Source: a virus
IMG/VR virus record: IMGVR_UViG_3300011113_000642
Location: 1 to 64,000 of that record
DNA: 64,000 nt
Reading direction: 5' to 3' (one strand)
Numbering within the stretch: position 1 is the stretch's first letter; each line of letters starts with the position of its first letter. Shown piece by piece: positions 17,604 through 27,979 of the stretch. The translations under genes were made by a program, and so were the position numbers. The notes under the pieces were generated by a model. That model searched no databases and had not been told where the DNA came from. It saw only the letters and a program-made list of their open reading frames with translations.

Positions 17604-18911
17604 TTATATTTGAATTTGTAAAATTAAAGATGTATTTTGTGTAAATTTTAAATAAATTGTTGATGGTGAAGATGGCTCTTTAAGATATATAAACGATGCC
17701 CCATCAAATCCGGGTAATCCAGTTAAATAATAATAGTTATTTAAACGATTTGTACAGTTTGCATCTAAAAAGGGCTCTATTGTTGTATTAAACAAAGATG
17801 TATCTGATAAATCTAGTTTTAATACAGTTCCATATGGATTTGTGCCTGATACAGTATAATTTGCTGTATTTGTTGCAACACCATCCACAAATATTGATAA
17901 AACTTCTCGATAAACTTCTTCATTTGTAGCGGGATTTATAGTATTTGTAATAAAACTGACAGCCCATTTTATAAAAGAGTAATAATTATAAGAAAGCGAT
18001 AAACCATTATATGATAATGGGTTTAAAACATTTTCTAAACTACTAGTTTTTACTATACCATACCAATCATAAAAATAAGTATCGTCATTTACATTACGAC
18101 AATATTTTTGTCTTAAATTTTGATTTTGAAATACCGATAAAACTGTTCCATTTGAATCTATTTTTTTTGTAATACCATTTAAATTTGTTGGTGCAGATAA
18201 TGTATTTAAATCTGGAACACCACGCATATAAATGTTTACTGTTGTTGGAATAAAATATCTTTTTTCTGTTTGTATTGTGTTCGATGAGTTTATATAAATT
18301 ATTTCAGAGCCATCATTAAGTTTAATTGCAGTGTCTACTAAATAACGAGTATTATTTGTTAAACCTGGAGTTGTTTCCAAATATTCTTCATAACCATAAT
18401 TATTACCATATATTCCTAAAAAATTTATATTATTTGGATCATCTCTATTTACTTTTGATATAAAATATTGAGCAGTATTTCCCTTTATTGCTGAATAGTT
18501 TAAAGCACTAGTAAAATTTTTACTTTCATAAAGTCCATCTGTTAGTGATGGTGAATATGTAACTCCTCCTAAATTAATATAATGGTTGCTTATTCCAGTG
18601 GAACCATAATAAGTATAAATTCCACTAAAACTGTATTGTGCTCCAGTTTCTTCTACATAATATGTTCCACCAGATACGTTAAATGTATTTCCACTACTCA
18701 AAATACCAAAAAAACGTTTTATAAATTTTAAATCAGCACCATTTGTTGTAGAAGAATAATCAAAGTAAAAACTTGAACCACTTTTATATATCGCTGGCGC
18801 AGAACTCATTAAACCTTTTGTTAAACATGGATCTGCAGTCGATCCCACATATTCTGAAATATTTGTTATAGTAGATTTTACTAAACTTAAAAATTTATTT
18901 GTTGAAGACAT
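17604..18911 (-). CDS. Putative virion structural protein (Ser/Thr/Gly/Tyr-rich)
   Basis: 435 aa with beta-rich composition; follows 18915-19916 in the same late unit. Confidence 0.5.
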   Translation of the reverse strand: MSSTNKFLSLVKSTITNISEYVGSTADPCLTKGLMSSAPAIYKSGSSFYFDYSSTTNGADLKFIKRFFGILSSGNTFNVSGGTYYVEETGAQYSFSGIYTYYGSTGISNHYINLGGVTYSPSLTDGLYESKNFTSALNYSAIKGNTAQYFISKVNRDDPNNINFLGIYGNNYGYEEYLETTPGLTNNTRYLVDTAIKLNDGSEIIYINSSNTIQTEKRYFIPTTVNIYMRGVPDLNTLSAPTNLNGITKKIDSNGTVLSVFQNQNLRQKYCRNVNDDTYFYDWYGIVKTSSLENVLNPLSYNGLSLSYNYYSFIKWAVSFITNTINPATNEEVYREVLSIFVDGVATNTANYTVSGTNPYGTVLKLDLSDTSLFNTTIEPFLDANCTNRLNNYYYLTGLPGFDGASFIYLKEPSSPSTIYLKFTQNTSLILQIQI

Positions 18912-18914
18912 ATA

Positions 18915-19916
18915 TTAAGATGCAAAATAACTTAGTGTTTGTGTTCCACTTCTAGCCATTGCGTAAACAATATTAATATTTCCTACATTAAAGAAAATAT
19001 TTTCTCCTGGTTCTAATTGATAACCATAGCTTGCTCCAATAGTAGAAGAACCAAGATAAATTATATCAGTATTAGTTCCCAAAGATTTAAAATTAATTCC
19101 ACCCGCACACGTAAATCCACTAGCACCACCTATTTGTGATGGTGAAGTTGTTATAGACGATAATCCTGAATAAGATGAAGTTGGACGAACTAAACCAAAT
19201 ACCGAAAGAGCTGTATAAATGGCTTGTAGAGTGACACCCAATGCATCAATGTCTGCCGAAATATTTGTCATACCATTTAAAATATTAGTATCATAAATGT
19301 ACACTGTATTTCCAACAGTTGTAGATACTGCTCTACCACCGCTCATACCCTGAATAATCAAACCATTGCCAGCCGAATCATTAGTTACACCAACGGTTGG
19401 ATTAATACTTACAGTAAAGGTGGCTCCAGCTATGTAAGTATAAAGTGGATTGCTAGAAATACCTATGGCAGAGCCACTTGAATTTACAAGATTTACAAAA
19501 GCCCACGTACTTCCACTGGGACCAAAAATTGAAACAGAATCTCTTGTTCTAGAAAGTGGAATACCTCCAGTAACTTCAACATAGCAGTTTGCAGGAGTTT
19601 GTACAAAGACTGGAGATGCGCTTATGCCGGTTACGCTTACGGTTCCAGATACTGGTACTGCTTGGCCACCAACCATACCCTGAACAGTAAATACACCAGT
19701 AAACCCAGAAATTGTTGCTGTGATGCCCCCAGCAAAGGATACTGGTAATGGGTTGCCAGAAGTTACTGGGCCAAATGCACCGGTAGCACCAAAGCCAACT
19801 TTATAGTATTGAATATAGGTGGTTAGGCCGCTGGAAGCAAGAACTGGATCTGCACCAATGGCAAATGTCGCACCGCTGTTAATTACTACATAATCGCTAC
19901 CGTAATCTGGATACAT
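18915..19916 (-). CDS. Putative virion structural protein (Gly/Thr-rich)
   Basis: 333 aa; NPLPVS-type repeats; CTAAATA and AAGGA upstream. Confidence 0.55.
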   Translation of the reverse strand: MYPDYGSDYVVINSGATFAIGADPVLASSGLTTYIQYYKVGFGATGAFGPVTSGNPLPVSFAGGITATISGFTGVFTVQGMVGGQAVPVSGTVSVTGISASPVFVQTPANCYVEVTGGIPLSRTRDSVSIFGPSGSTWAFVNLVNSSGSAIGISSNPLYTYIAGATFTVSINPTVGVTNDSAGNGLIIQGMSGGRAVSTTVGNTVYIYDTNILNGMTNISADIDALGVTLQAIYTALSVFGLVRPTSSYSGLSSITTSPSQIGGASGFTCAGGINFKSLGTNTDIIYLGSSTIGASYGYQLEPGENIFFNVGNINIVYAMARSGTQTLSYFAS

Positions 19917-20002
19917 GTGGTTTTATCCTTAAATCGTTGATCATCAATATTTAGACTCTTTTATTTATTGAATTCTTAAAACTAGGTGGTATACTTAAAA
20001 TC

Positions 20003-20236
20003 ATGTATATTGACGAAACCGCTAAACAACAATTTTCAAATAAAGTTTTAGAGCGGGTAAAGGCGACCAAATTATCCTTTATGGATTGTGTTTTAGAAAT
20101 TACTGAAGAAATGGGTTTAGACCCAAGTGCTTCTGGTAAACTTTTAACAAAACCTATTGTTGAAAAAATTCAGCAAGAGGCAAAAGATTTACATTTACTT
20201 AAAAAATCTAAAACTAAGCAATTACCTCTTGACTGA
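20003..20236 (+). CDS. gp33: Late transcription coactivator
   Basis: FS..VLE....LSFMDCVL...KLLTKPIVEKIQQEA..LHLL; adjacent to gp32. Confidence 0.8.
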   Translation: MYIDETAKQQFSNKVLERVKATKLSFMDCVLEITEEMGLDPSASGKLLTKPIVEKIQQEAKDLHLLKKSKTKQLPLD

Positions 20237-20301
20237 CTAAAACTATACTATATACTGTAGATACAGTTTAGGCCAAGGTAGATCCTTGGGGAAAGAATAT
20301 T

Positions 20302-21159
20302 ATGCCAAATTTTTCAGATTTTAAAAAGAAGAGTAAAAACTCAGTCGCATCTCTAACCGAACGCCTTGATAAGCTTTCTTCTAAGGAAAGTTATAAGGAT
20401 GAAAGAATGTGGAAGCCTGGAATTGATAAAGCTGGTAACGGATATGCCGTTATTCGTTTTCTTCCAGAAATTGATGGTGAGGACAGCCCCTTTGTTTCCA
20501 TCTACAGCCACACATTCAAAGGCAAGGCTGGATATTTTTGGGAAAATTGCCCAACCACCATTGGAGAAAAGTGCCCCGTTTGTGCAGCTAATACAGAACT
20601 CTGGAACAGTGGAATTGAAGATGACAAAAATATTGCCCGCCAGCGTAAGCGCAAATTGAGTTATATTTCAAATATTTTGGTAATTGAAGATCCATCAAAT
20701 CCAGAAAATAAAGGAAAGGTTTTTCTTTATCAGTATGGCACCAAGATTTTTCAAAAAATTCAAGGACTTGCTCATCCAGAGTTTCAAGATGAAGTTGCAG
20801 TAGACCCATTTAACTTTTGGACTGGCGCAGATTTTAAGATTAAAATTCGCAATGTTGGCGGTTATGTAAACTATGATCGCAGCGAATTTGCTTCTCCGGC
20901 ACCACTATTTGGTGGTGATGATAAAAAGCTAGAGGAGCTTTGGAAAAAACAATATCCATTGAAGCCTTTTATTGATAAGAGTCAGTTTAAGAGTTTTGAT
21001 GAGCTAAACGCCAGATTTAAAAAGTCTGTTGGCGATGATATTCGTGCTCAGTTTACAGAAAACAAGAGCATTGAAGATGATGTAGAGGAGTCTGTGGTTA
21101 GTGAAGATGTAGAGGAAAAAGATCCTCTAAAATACTTCTCCGAAATGGAGAATGATTGA
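20302..21159 (+). CDS. gp32: Single-stranded DNA-binding protein
   Basis: DKAGNGYAVIRFLP, CPTTIGEKCPVC, DPFNFWTGADFKIKIR, NYDRSEF, acidic tail. Confidence 0.95.
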   Translation: MPNFSDFKKKSKNSVASLTERLDKLSSKESYKDERMWKPGIDKAGNGYAVIRFLPEIDGEDSPFVSIYSHTFKGKAGYFWENCPTTIGEKCPVCAANTELWNSGIEDDKNIARQRKRKLSYISNILVIEDPSNPENKGKVFLYQYGTKIFQKIQGLAHPEFQDEVAVDPFNFWTGADFKIKIRNVGGYVNYDRSEFASPAPLFGGDDKKLEELWKKQYPLKPFIDKSQFKSFDELNARFKKSVGDDIRAQFTENKSIEDDVEESVVSEDVEEKDPLKYFSEMEND

Positions 21160-21185
21160 AAAAAGCCCCGAAAGGGGCTTTTTTT
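21159..21185. terminator. Bidirectional terminator
   Basis: aaaaaagcccc-gaaa-ggggctttttt between convergent genes. Confidence 0.85.
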
Positions 21186-21660
21186 ATTGCCAAACGGGAA
21201 AATTAGAAAAACGATCCATGCGCTCTTCAAAAATTAAATTTGTTGGATCAGTCGTTGGCTTTTCTTCAAATTTATTTTGAGCTTTGGGATATGGAATCCA
21301 CCTATCCCCACTCAAATTCATATTAGAATTAAATCCTTGTTCTATTTCTTCCACTTTTTTGCTTAATTGGTTATAGCTAGATTCTGCATCAAATTTAACA
21401 GTTAATCCTGCAGCAACATTTGATGTTTCTGCCATGGGTGCAGAAGTATTTTCTAATTTTGTTGGTTCCAATAAAACTGATTTTGGAAGCTCAACAGTTG
21501 GTTGTAATTGTTCTGATAAAGAAAGAGACTCGGGAAGGGCAAAAAATGTTGCTATGGTTTCTGTTTCTTGAATGGCAATATCAGATGGCTTAGTCGTTAA
21601 ATTTGTTGAAAGTAATTGTTGTTCTGCTTCAATGTCGATTTGAAATTGATTTTCGTTCAT
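21184..21660 (-). CDS. Hypothetical protein at the end of the tail-assembly operon
   Basis: 158 aa; ATG overlaps the TGA of the gp51-like frame. Confidence 0.6.
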   Translation of the reverse strand: MNENQFQIDIEAEQQLLSTNLTTKPSDIAIQETETIATFFALPESLSLSEQLQPTVELPKSVLLEPTKLENTSAPMAETSNVAAGLTVKFDAESSYNQLSKKVEEIEQGFNSNMNLSGDRWIPYPKAQNKFEEKPTTDPTNLIFEERMDRFSNFPVWQ

Positions 21661-21872
21661 AGTCCTAGCGCTCCTTTCATATTATATTGTGAGGCCATCG
21701 ATTCATTTTGTTTTTGTTCTTGGTAGTCGGCCAATATTTTAACATAAATTTCTCGTTCCCACCATATCATTTCTTCCAAATCCATTAAACTCCAGTTAAA
21801 GTTATTTACTAAGGTAAAGTTTGTTGTAAAATAATCTCTTAAATCAAAAAACTTTACCGATAAGTAAAAAAA
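21657..21872 (-). CDS. gp51: gp51-like baseplate hub assembly chaperone, probably expressed by -1 frameshift from gp26
   Basis: Frame reads FFYLSVKFFDLRDYFTTNFTLVNNFNWSLMDLEEMIWWEREIYVKIL..., resembling gp51 (YY.TNF.L...SL..E.M..WERE.Y); no ATG precedes the conserved part. Confidence 0.75.
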   Translation of the reverse strand, partial: FFYLSVKFFDLRDYFTTNFTLVNNFNWSLMDLEEMIWWEREIYVKILADYQEQKQNESMASQYNMKGALGL

Positions 21873-22516
21873 CTTAAAAAACCAGATACCTCCTTATCAC
21901 CCGATTGGGTCTTTAATACTATATAAAGCTCGGGTTGATGTTTTAAAAATTCCTCCAACTTAGGAAGTATATTCATTGGCAAATTATCCAATAGAGTTTT
22001 TACCTCATCGGTTACAAATTTGTTAACATAAAATATTTCACCATTTGTGACAACCTTTTTAATACTAGATTTGATTAAATCAATAGATTCAAGGGTTTCT
22101 AATTTAAGTAAATCTTTAATTATTGGAGTTTCAACGACTATACTGATTTCTGGTGATATATAAATGCTTTCGGATTTTATGTTATTTCTATAACCAATAT
22201 CAGGAATAAAGACCGAAATGCGTTCATTATTAAAAATTAAGTTTAACTTTTCATCAACGCTTTTAGATCGTATTTGTAAAAATAAAAATTCAGCATCGGC
22301 CAAACAAAGATCCAAAACATTTATACCAATTGTGTTTGCTTTTAATAAGTCAACCATTGCACTTAAAGCTAATTTTTTATTATCTTCTTGTAAGATGATT
22401 GAAATATTTTTAGCATCTTTTACTTTAAAGGGTTGAAATTTTACAACCTTTTTAGCAAAAGGAAGTGTTGCTTCGTATGTTGGTAGTGCCTTCTGTAAAG
22501 ATTCAATCAAATTCAT
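21854..22516 (-). CDS. gp26: Baseplate hub assembly protein
   Basis: PTYE.TLP...V.FQPFKVKD.K, DAEFLFLQIRSKSVDE, C-terminal GFLSFF. Confidence 0.8.
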   Translation of the reverse strand: MNLIESLQKALPTYEATLPFAKKVVKFQPFKVKDAKNISIILQEDNKKLALSAMVDLLKANTIGINVLDLCLADAEFLFLQIRSKSVDEKLNLIFNNERISVFIPDIGYRNNIKSESIYISPEISIVVETPIIKDLLKLETLESIDLIKSSIKKVVTNGEIFYVNKFVTDEVKTLLDNLPMNILPKLEEFLKHQPELYIVLKTQSGDKEVSGFLSFFTYR

Positions 22517-22518
22517 AC

Positions 22519-23088
22519 TCAAAATCCTCTATTAAAATTAAAATCTCTGAATAATATCAAAACAGAGTATATGTTATACTCATTATTTTTTAACATTGAC
22601 ATTTCAATTGGCAATGTTTCAACTGGATAAATTTCAAAAAATGTAAAAGTTGCATTTGGTTCGCCATTTAAATCAAGTAAAGAAAGTTTCATTTGAGTAT
22701 TGGATATAAGCTCATCATAAAAACCTACTTGAAATGCTTGTTGCAAATTTCCTCTTTGTCTTCCACCAGAATACAGTGCATTAAACCATCGATCAAAAAA
22801 TGTGGTAATAAAATGATCATTTGTTATAGGAAATGACATTAAAATACCTTGAGGAAACTTTTGAGACCTAGGAACGGTTCTACCGGCCCCATAGCCTGCC
22901 AAGCTATCAGCAATACCATCGATGGCCCTAGAACCGATTGTAACACTAATGGGGTGGATCTCAGTGTTCTCGGGTGCTTGAATTACAGCTGGTAGGTTTG
23001 TAAAAGATAATGAAAATCTATTGGATCGTTGTAATCCATTGTGACGATCAAAAAAGTCTTTTATAAATGTTATTGAATTGTTAGCCAT
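22519..23088 (-). CDS. Tail tube-fold protein (gp54/gp19-like tube initiator)
   Basis: GLQRSNRF...FFDRW...FYDE...FFEIYP...V...FRDF. Confidence 0.65.
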   Translation of the reverse strand: MANNSITFIKDFFDRHNGLQRSNRFSLSFTNLPAVIQAPENTEIHPISVTIGSRAIDGIADSLAGYGAGRTVPRSQKFPQGILMSFPITNDHFITTFFDRWFNALYSGGRQRGNLQQAFQVGFYDELISNTQMKLSLLDLNGEPNATFTFFEIYPVETLPIEMSMLKNNEYNIYSVLILFRDFNFNRGF

Positions 23089-23500
23089 TTGCAAATAACT
23101 CTTTTTCTGTCAAAATTTGAAAAGTAATTTTGTGTTTGTCACAATATTGTTTTGCGGCATTCCATTTTGCGTTATTAATAATCCAAGTTACTTTTTCTTT
23201 TTTTGAAGCGTTTTCTTTTAGCAAAGTTTGTTTTTTTGGTTTAACTTCAACCATCCAAGTTTGCTCTCCATTTGTTCCGTTAAATTGAATTAAAAAATCT
23301 GGATAATAATTGTGAACTTTTTTATCAATTGGATTTGTGTAAGGGATAGCAATTTCTTCGGAAGACCACTTAAGTACATTTGGATGGTCATCGCAAAATT
23401 TACAAACATTTCTTTCCCACAAAGATCTGCATACAATTTTTGATGCATCTCCTGCATACTTTTTAGGATTTTTGGGGTTAAATATAGTGCGATAGGCCAT
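23081..23500 (-). CDS. gp4: Head completion nuclease
   Basis: PKNPKKYAGD...RSLWER...WSSEEIAIPY...YYPDF...EVKPKKQ...NAKWNAA. Confidence 0.9.
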   Translation of the reverse strand: MAYRTIFNPKNPKKYAGDASKIVCRSLWERNVCKFCDDHPNVLKWSSEEIAIPYTNPIDKKVHNYYPDFLIQFNGTNGEQTWMVEVKPKKQTLLKENASKKEKVTWIINNAKWNAAKQYCDKHKITFQILTEKELFANG

Positions 23501-23535
23501 CCCAATATTTAGATAAATTCTCTAAATATTCATAT

Positions 23536-24342
23536 ATGGCAACAGTTTTCTATTATCCTTCAGGAATACGGGCCGCAGAACAGCCACTTTGGTTGTCTTT
23601 TTATTCTGCTCCCTATTCATTAATAAATGATGAAAGAGGTAGAGCTGGTGTAATCAATCGCCATCAACTCCGCATTGATTTACCAATGCCAAGAGAACCG
23701 GGTTACTTGGTCTCTCACGAATTTGGTGAAAGCAATAACAATCCAGTTGGTCCAATGTTAACCGCAGCTGGAATTGCTAATGCCGGTGGTGGTGCTGGCG
23801 GAGCTATCAATGTTTTAAAACGTAAACTCCAACCTGCCACATATTATTGGGAACGTATGTTTGCTACCACCACTTACCGTCGATTCAGCAATATTGCAGA
23901 AGCTACGATGGTTTCAGAAGGAAGAAAAAAATACTTTTTTCAATACTTGTTTGTTCCTAAAAATAACGAAGAATCGGTTCAAGTTGAACAAATTGTTGGG
24001 TCGTTTAGAAAAGCATCTTATCCAGCGGTTGCAAGTGGTTTACCAGAAAGATCTTATCCACAAAATTTGTGGGCAATGGTTGTTTGGCCAGGAAACGCAA
24101 CGGCCTTCGGTGGAGCACAAAACTTAACTGCCAATTGGTTGGGCGAACCTTTGGTGTGTGTTTTAGAAACAGTTAAAGTTCAAAAAAATGATGAAACCGA
24201 TCCTGTAATTCGTCTTTTGCCAAATGGTGCACCATCACTAACTATGTTAGGTTTAGTATTCTCTGAATTTGAAACCGGAACATACGACCCACCATCCAAT
24301 CAAATATTGTCCAAATCAGAGATTTCATCCAAATACTTTTAA
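23536..24342 (+). CDS. gp48: Baseplate tail-tube cap (gp48-like)
   Basis: R.YFFQYLFVPKNNEES..V..I...F...YP; CVLE.V.V; L.FSE; divergent from gp4 as in T4-like phages. Confidence 0.6.
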   Translation: MATVFYYPSGIRAAEQPLWLSFYSAPYSLINDERGRAGVINRHQLRIDLPMPREPGYLVSHEFGESNNNPVGPMLTAAGIANAGGGAGGAINVLKRKLQPATYYWERMFATTTYRRFSNIAEATMVSEGRKKYFFQYLFVPKNNEESVQVEQIVGSFRKASYPAVASGLPERSYPQNLWAMVVWPGNATAFGGAQNLTANWLGEPLVCVLETVKVQKNDETDPVIRLLPNGAPSLTMLGLVFSEFETGTYDPPSNQILSKSEISSKYF

Positions 24343-24356
24343 CAGCAGCTTAACCA

Positions 24357-25199
24357 ATGAAATTTTTTAGTAATTTACCAAAAATAACATTTTCTTCAAG
24401 TATAGGTAATTTTACTATATCTAATTTTTTTACTTATTTAAATGTTGAAAATATTTTTTTAGATGTATCAGATATTGTTATTGACAATAAAAATACTTTA
24501 GTGGAAGCTGGTTATAATACATACACCGATCCAAATACAATTTGGTCTTTTTTAGCTGCTAATGATACTATAAATCCTTTTGATTTATTAGCTGAAAATA
24601 CTGTTTTATTTGAAGAAGAAAATCAACAAAAAATTAACTTTCTTTTGTTCCCAACACAGGGTGCCACAACAGGGGGCACCGCATTTCCTATTGGAAGTAT
24701 TGTCGTTCCCTATGTTGGAAACACTGGAGGAACGGCTGCATATGGATCTACTGGCAATTTTGATTTAAATGGTCCATTTACCAGAATACAAAATACTTTG
24801 TTTTATGATGGTAATATGACCTCTGGAAAACAGTTTGGTGGAACCGGGGCATTTATTACTACGGGAACAACATATGACCAAGTTGTTGTTTTTAATCAAA
24901 ACTCTGATGGTTCTTATTCTTGGGGTGGAGTATTTTATACATCAAATAAAAAGGCTGCACCAGATGTAGTAGTTTATATTGAAGACGTTGAAGAAGGAAA
25001 AACTATTGTAAAGCAACAAAATTCTTCTAATATTACCGTTGATGAATTATTGGATACCGGCCCCACTTTGCTTTTTCAAAGTGCAGAAACTGTTACTGCA
25101 AAACAATTTGTTGATAATACTTCAAAGACTATTAAAGCCTATCCTACGAATACCTTGGGAACTCTGCGTTCCTCATTTATAACAGCTAAGTATAATTGA
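24357..25199 (+). CDS. gp53: Baseplate wedge subunit (gp53-like)
   Basis: MKFFSNLPKI...Y.DP...W..L.AN...NPF; synteny. Confidence 0.65.
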   Translation: MKFFSNLPKITFSSSIGNFTISNFFTYLNVENIFLDVSDIVIDNKNTLVEAGYNTYTDPNTIWSFLAANDTINPFDLLAENTVLFEEENQQKINFLLFPTQGATTGGTAFPIGSIVVPYVGNTGGTAAYGSTGNFDLNGPFTRIQNTLFYDGNMTSGKQFGGTGAFITTGTTYDQVVVFNQNSDGSYSWGGVFYTSNKKAAPDVVVYIEDVEEGKTIVKQQNSSNITVDELLDTGPTLLFQSAETVTAKQFVDNTSKTIKAYPTNTLGTLRSSFITAKYN

Positions 25200-25200
25200 T

Positions 25201-27198
25201 ATGCCGAATATTGATAATAGATTTAATCCAGCTTATTCCACCATTCAAAAAATTCGTTTAAAGTCTTCAGTACTGGGTGAAGATACGGTATTGATTATAA
25301 ATGAATTAAATACGGAAAATAATAAAGTTTGTAGATTTGAACGTATTGAAATGGTAGAAAATATCAATGATTTGTGCCCAAGCGGTGTAATTTTGGTTTC
25401 CGATTTAGCTGATGTTGTTTCTTATATTGCAAATAATAAACTTGACACGATAGAAATTGATTTGTTTGATGGTGGAGCAAATAAAACTTGGTTATTTGAT
25501 ATAACAAGCATATCATATTCTAACAACGCAGTTAGTGTTGGCGATGATACGTTGGTATCTATTCATTTTACAAATAAATGGTATAAAAAATTATCAACAG
25601 AATCTTTAAATAATCTTCTTGGCTTTTATTCTCCTCAAGTTTTTAAGGTTAATGAATTTATAGATGAAGTAAAAACAAACGTTTTTGGTGTTACTAATTT
25701 GGATGATTATACTGGTTATAGCGACACGGCCTCAAATTATTTTTTGTATAAACCATTCAATCCTTATGAGGAAGGTGAAGAGCACGTTTCTGATGATACA
25801 TTTCAAATTCTTAATTATGTTGCGGCAAATGCAGTTGATGGAGATGGAGATCCTAATTTTTTCTTTTGGACGGGATTGGATGGAATTGTAAACTTCAAAT
25901 CATTTAAACGTTACTTTGATAAAGAGCCTTCATTTGATACAATAGATGATGATTTTAGACGAATTGGTGTATTTGAAGGAGATTCGGTCATTCAAGCATT
26001 GTCTGATGGAAAATTTTATAGAAAAGCATATTTTTTAGCAACCAATCCGGGTTTGCAATGGATTTCAAAAAATTATTACTATATTCGTAAAACTCCAAAA
26101 TATTTGGATGAACTTATCGGTTATTCTGGTGGTTCTGTTGTTAAACTAACTGGAACAATTGCCGAAAATCAAGCTATTAAAAATTTAGGTTTTCATTTTC
26201 AAGATGAAGGACAAAAATATAATATTGATGTAATTTCAATTAATGGAAGAGATGGTTTGACTGGCGCACCCAAAGGCGGTCAAGCCTTGGTACCACAAAA
26301 TTGGGGCTACTATGAAAGATACCATCCAGCCAACCACAAATCTCAAACAACTTTATTAAGTAATCAGATTGGCGTGGACGCAAATTATAAACAAATGGTG
26401 TTGATGGGTTTAAGTGGTTTTATGCCATTTTCCGATAGTCCCGATATGTGGAAAAACATGTTTGATTTAACACCCATACACCCAAACTATCCAAATGAAA
26501 GTGAAGCAGAGGGTCAAATAGTTGGTAATAATACAAATCTTCAAAAAGTAATACGAGTTAGACGCAAAACATTTGATAATGTTGGAACTGTGGGTGCTTC
26601 TGCCGATAATTTAGAGTTGATTAGAAATATAGAACTTCAAAACTTTGTTTTATACTCTTTATGCTGTATGGGTAAAAAAGAAGATTGTTTCTTTGCAGCC
26701 TTGACTAGATATGAAGAAGATAATTCTATAACCCAAGATCAAACAACAGCCAACATTCCAAAAAAATATCGATATAAATGGAATAAACTACAATTTGGGG
26801 GAGCTACCGGAGCATCTGGTTATTGTGCGTGTGGCAATAGTGGTGCTTCTGGTACTACTGGTGCACACATTGTAGAAAATTGGTGTCTCGATCCGTATAT
26901 CAGATCTGGTGAAACGCAAGACAGCAGTTGGGCCATTAATCTAAATGAACGTGGTTTAACTGCTTCACAATCATTACAGTATTTACCTCCCGGGTGGCTT
27001 CCAGTATCGACAACTTCAAGTTTTTATTATAGACCAATTGGTGCAAAGCAAAGTCCACCCGCAAAAGGATTGTCTGGAGAAAACATTTATCATATTGTAA
27101 GAATGTGCCGTGAACGAGTAGATGCAAATAATCTTGTAACATATTTTTGGGCAGAAAATGTCCTTGATGGAACTTGCTCTCAGGTGCAGGGGGGTTAA
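25201..27198 (+). CDS. Baseplate hub-like protein, N-terminal part
   Basis: IEMVENI....SGVILVSD and FFFW...NFKS motifs; position after gp53. Confidence 0.5.
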   Translation: MPNIDNRFNPAYSTIQKIRLKSSVLGEDTVLIINELNTENNKVCRFERIEMVENINDLCPSGVILVSDLADVVSYIANNKLDTIEIDLFDGGANKTWLFDITSISYSNNAVSVGDDTLVSIHFTNKWYKKLSTESLNNLLGFYSPQVFKVNEFIDEVKTNVFGVTNLDDYTGYSDTASNYFLYKPFNPYEEGEEHVSDDTFQILNYVAANAVDGDGDPNFFFWTGLDGIVNFKSFKRYFDKEPSFDTIDDDFRRIGVFEGDSVIQALSDGKFYRKAYFLATNPGLQWISKNYYYIRKTPKYLDELIGYSGGSVVKLTGTIAENQAIKNLGFHFQDEGQKYNIDVISINGRDGLTGAPKGGQALVPQNWGYYERYHPANHKSQTTLLSNQIGVDANYKQMVLMGLSGFMPFSDSPDMWKNMFDLTPIHPNYPNESEAEGQIVGNNTNLQKVIRVRRKTFDNVGTVGASADNLELIRNIELQNFVLYSLCCMGKKEDCFFAALTRYEEDNSITQDQTTANIPKKYRYKWNKLQFGGATGASGYCACGNSGASGTTGAHIVENWCLDPYIRSGETQDSSWAINLNERGLTASQSLQYLPPGWLPVSTTSSFYYRPIGAKQSPPAKGLSGENIYHIVRMCRERVDANNLVTYFWAENVLDGTCSQVQGG

Positions 27199-27201
27199 TA
27201 T

Positions 27202-27966
27202 ATGGCTAGTAAAACAAATCAAATTGTTATTCACGGGTCAAATGACTCATATGACGCAATAACTCCCATAAGCAGTCGCCCAATATATGAATGTGCAAAT
27301 GCCAAAATTACTAGAGGAGTAACATCAGCGCCGGCTAGCATAGAAGCATGTTTAGCGTCTTTTCCAGAAGTTAAAAAAATAGCTGATGCAATCGGATTTA
27401 CAGCCTCCAATATTTGGTATGGTAATACAGCTTGCCCCGAAGGTATTTCGGGTGGAACTGGCCCATTTAATTTATTATTGGATACCAATTCTTTAGAATG
27501 TCAAAATATTGTAAAAGATCTTGGAACAGAATGGATGGGGTGTCTTTGGGGAACACCAAATGCAACTTATAGTTGTATTTGCCCAGAAGTAAAAAGCAAA
27601 TATGAAGCCTATATTAAACTTCGCTTAAATGTGGCTTCCTTTTGGGCGACTCCCGTAGAAACTCCTGTAAAACGAGCAGAGTTTTTAGATGCGTTAAAAT
27701 ATTCTTCTAAAATTACAGCAACAATTGCTGGTGATTTTTCTCTAAAATTGGGGCAGTTAATCTATATTAAATTGACTGCAATGAATAAAACGGGCGTAGC
27801 AGAAACCGAATCATATATGACTGGTTATTATTATATTGTTGGTTTAAAACATGTAATAACCAATTCTGGAACACATGAAACTGCAGTGGCTTTATCAAAT
27901 ATTGCTCTGGTAGATTCGACACCAATAAATCCTACAGATCCAGAATCTAGATATCCATATTATTAA
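27202..27966 (+). CDS. Baseplate hub-like protein, C-terminal part
   Basis: ITATIAGDFSLKLGQLIYI...TGYYYIVGLKHVI...HET, typical of gp27/gp44-type hub C-termini. Confidence 0.55.
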   Translation: MASKTNQIVIHGSNDSYDAITPISSRPIYECANAKITRGVTSAPASIEACLASFPEVKKIADAIGFTASNIWYGNTACPEGISGGTGPFNLLLDTNSLECQNIVKDLGTEWMGCLWGTPNATYSCICPEVKSKYEAYIKLRLNVASFWATPVETPVKRAEFLDALKYSSKITATIAGDFSLKLGQLIYIKLTAMNKTGVAETESYMTGYYYIVGLKHVITNSGTHETAVALSNIALVDSTPINPTDPESRYPYY

Positions 27967-27979
27967 TCTAAATATTTTT

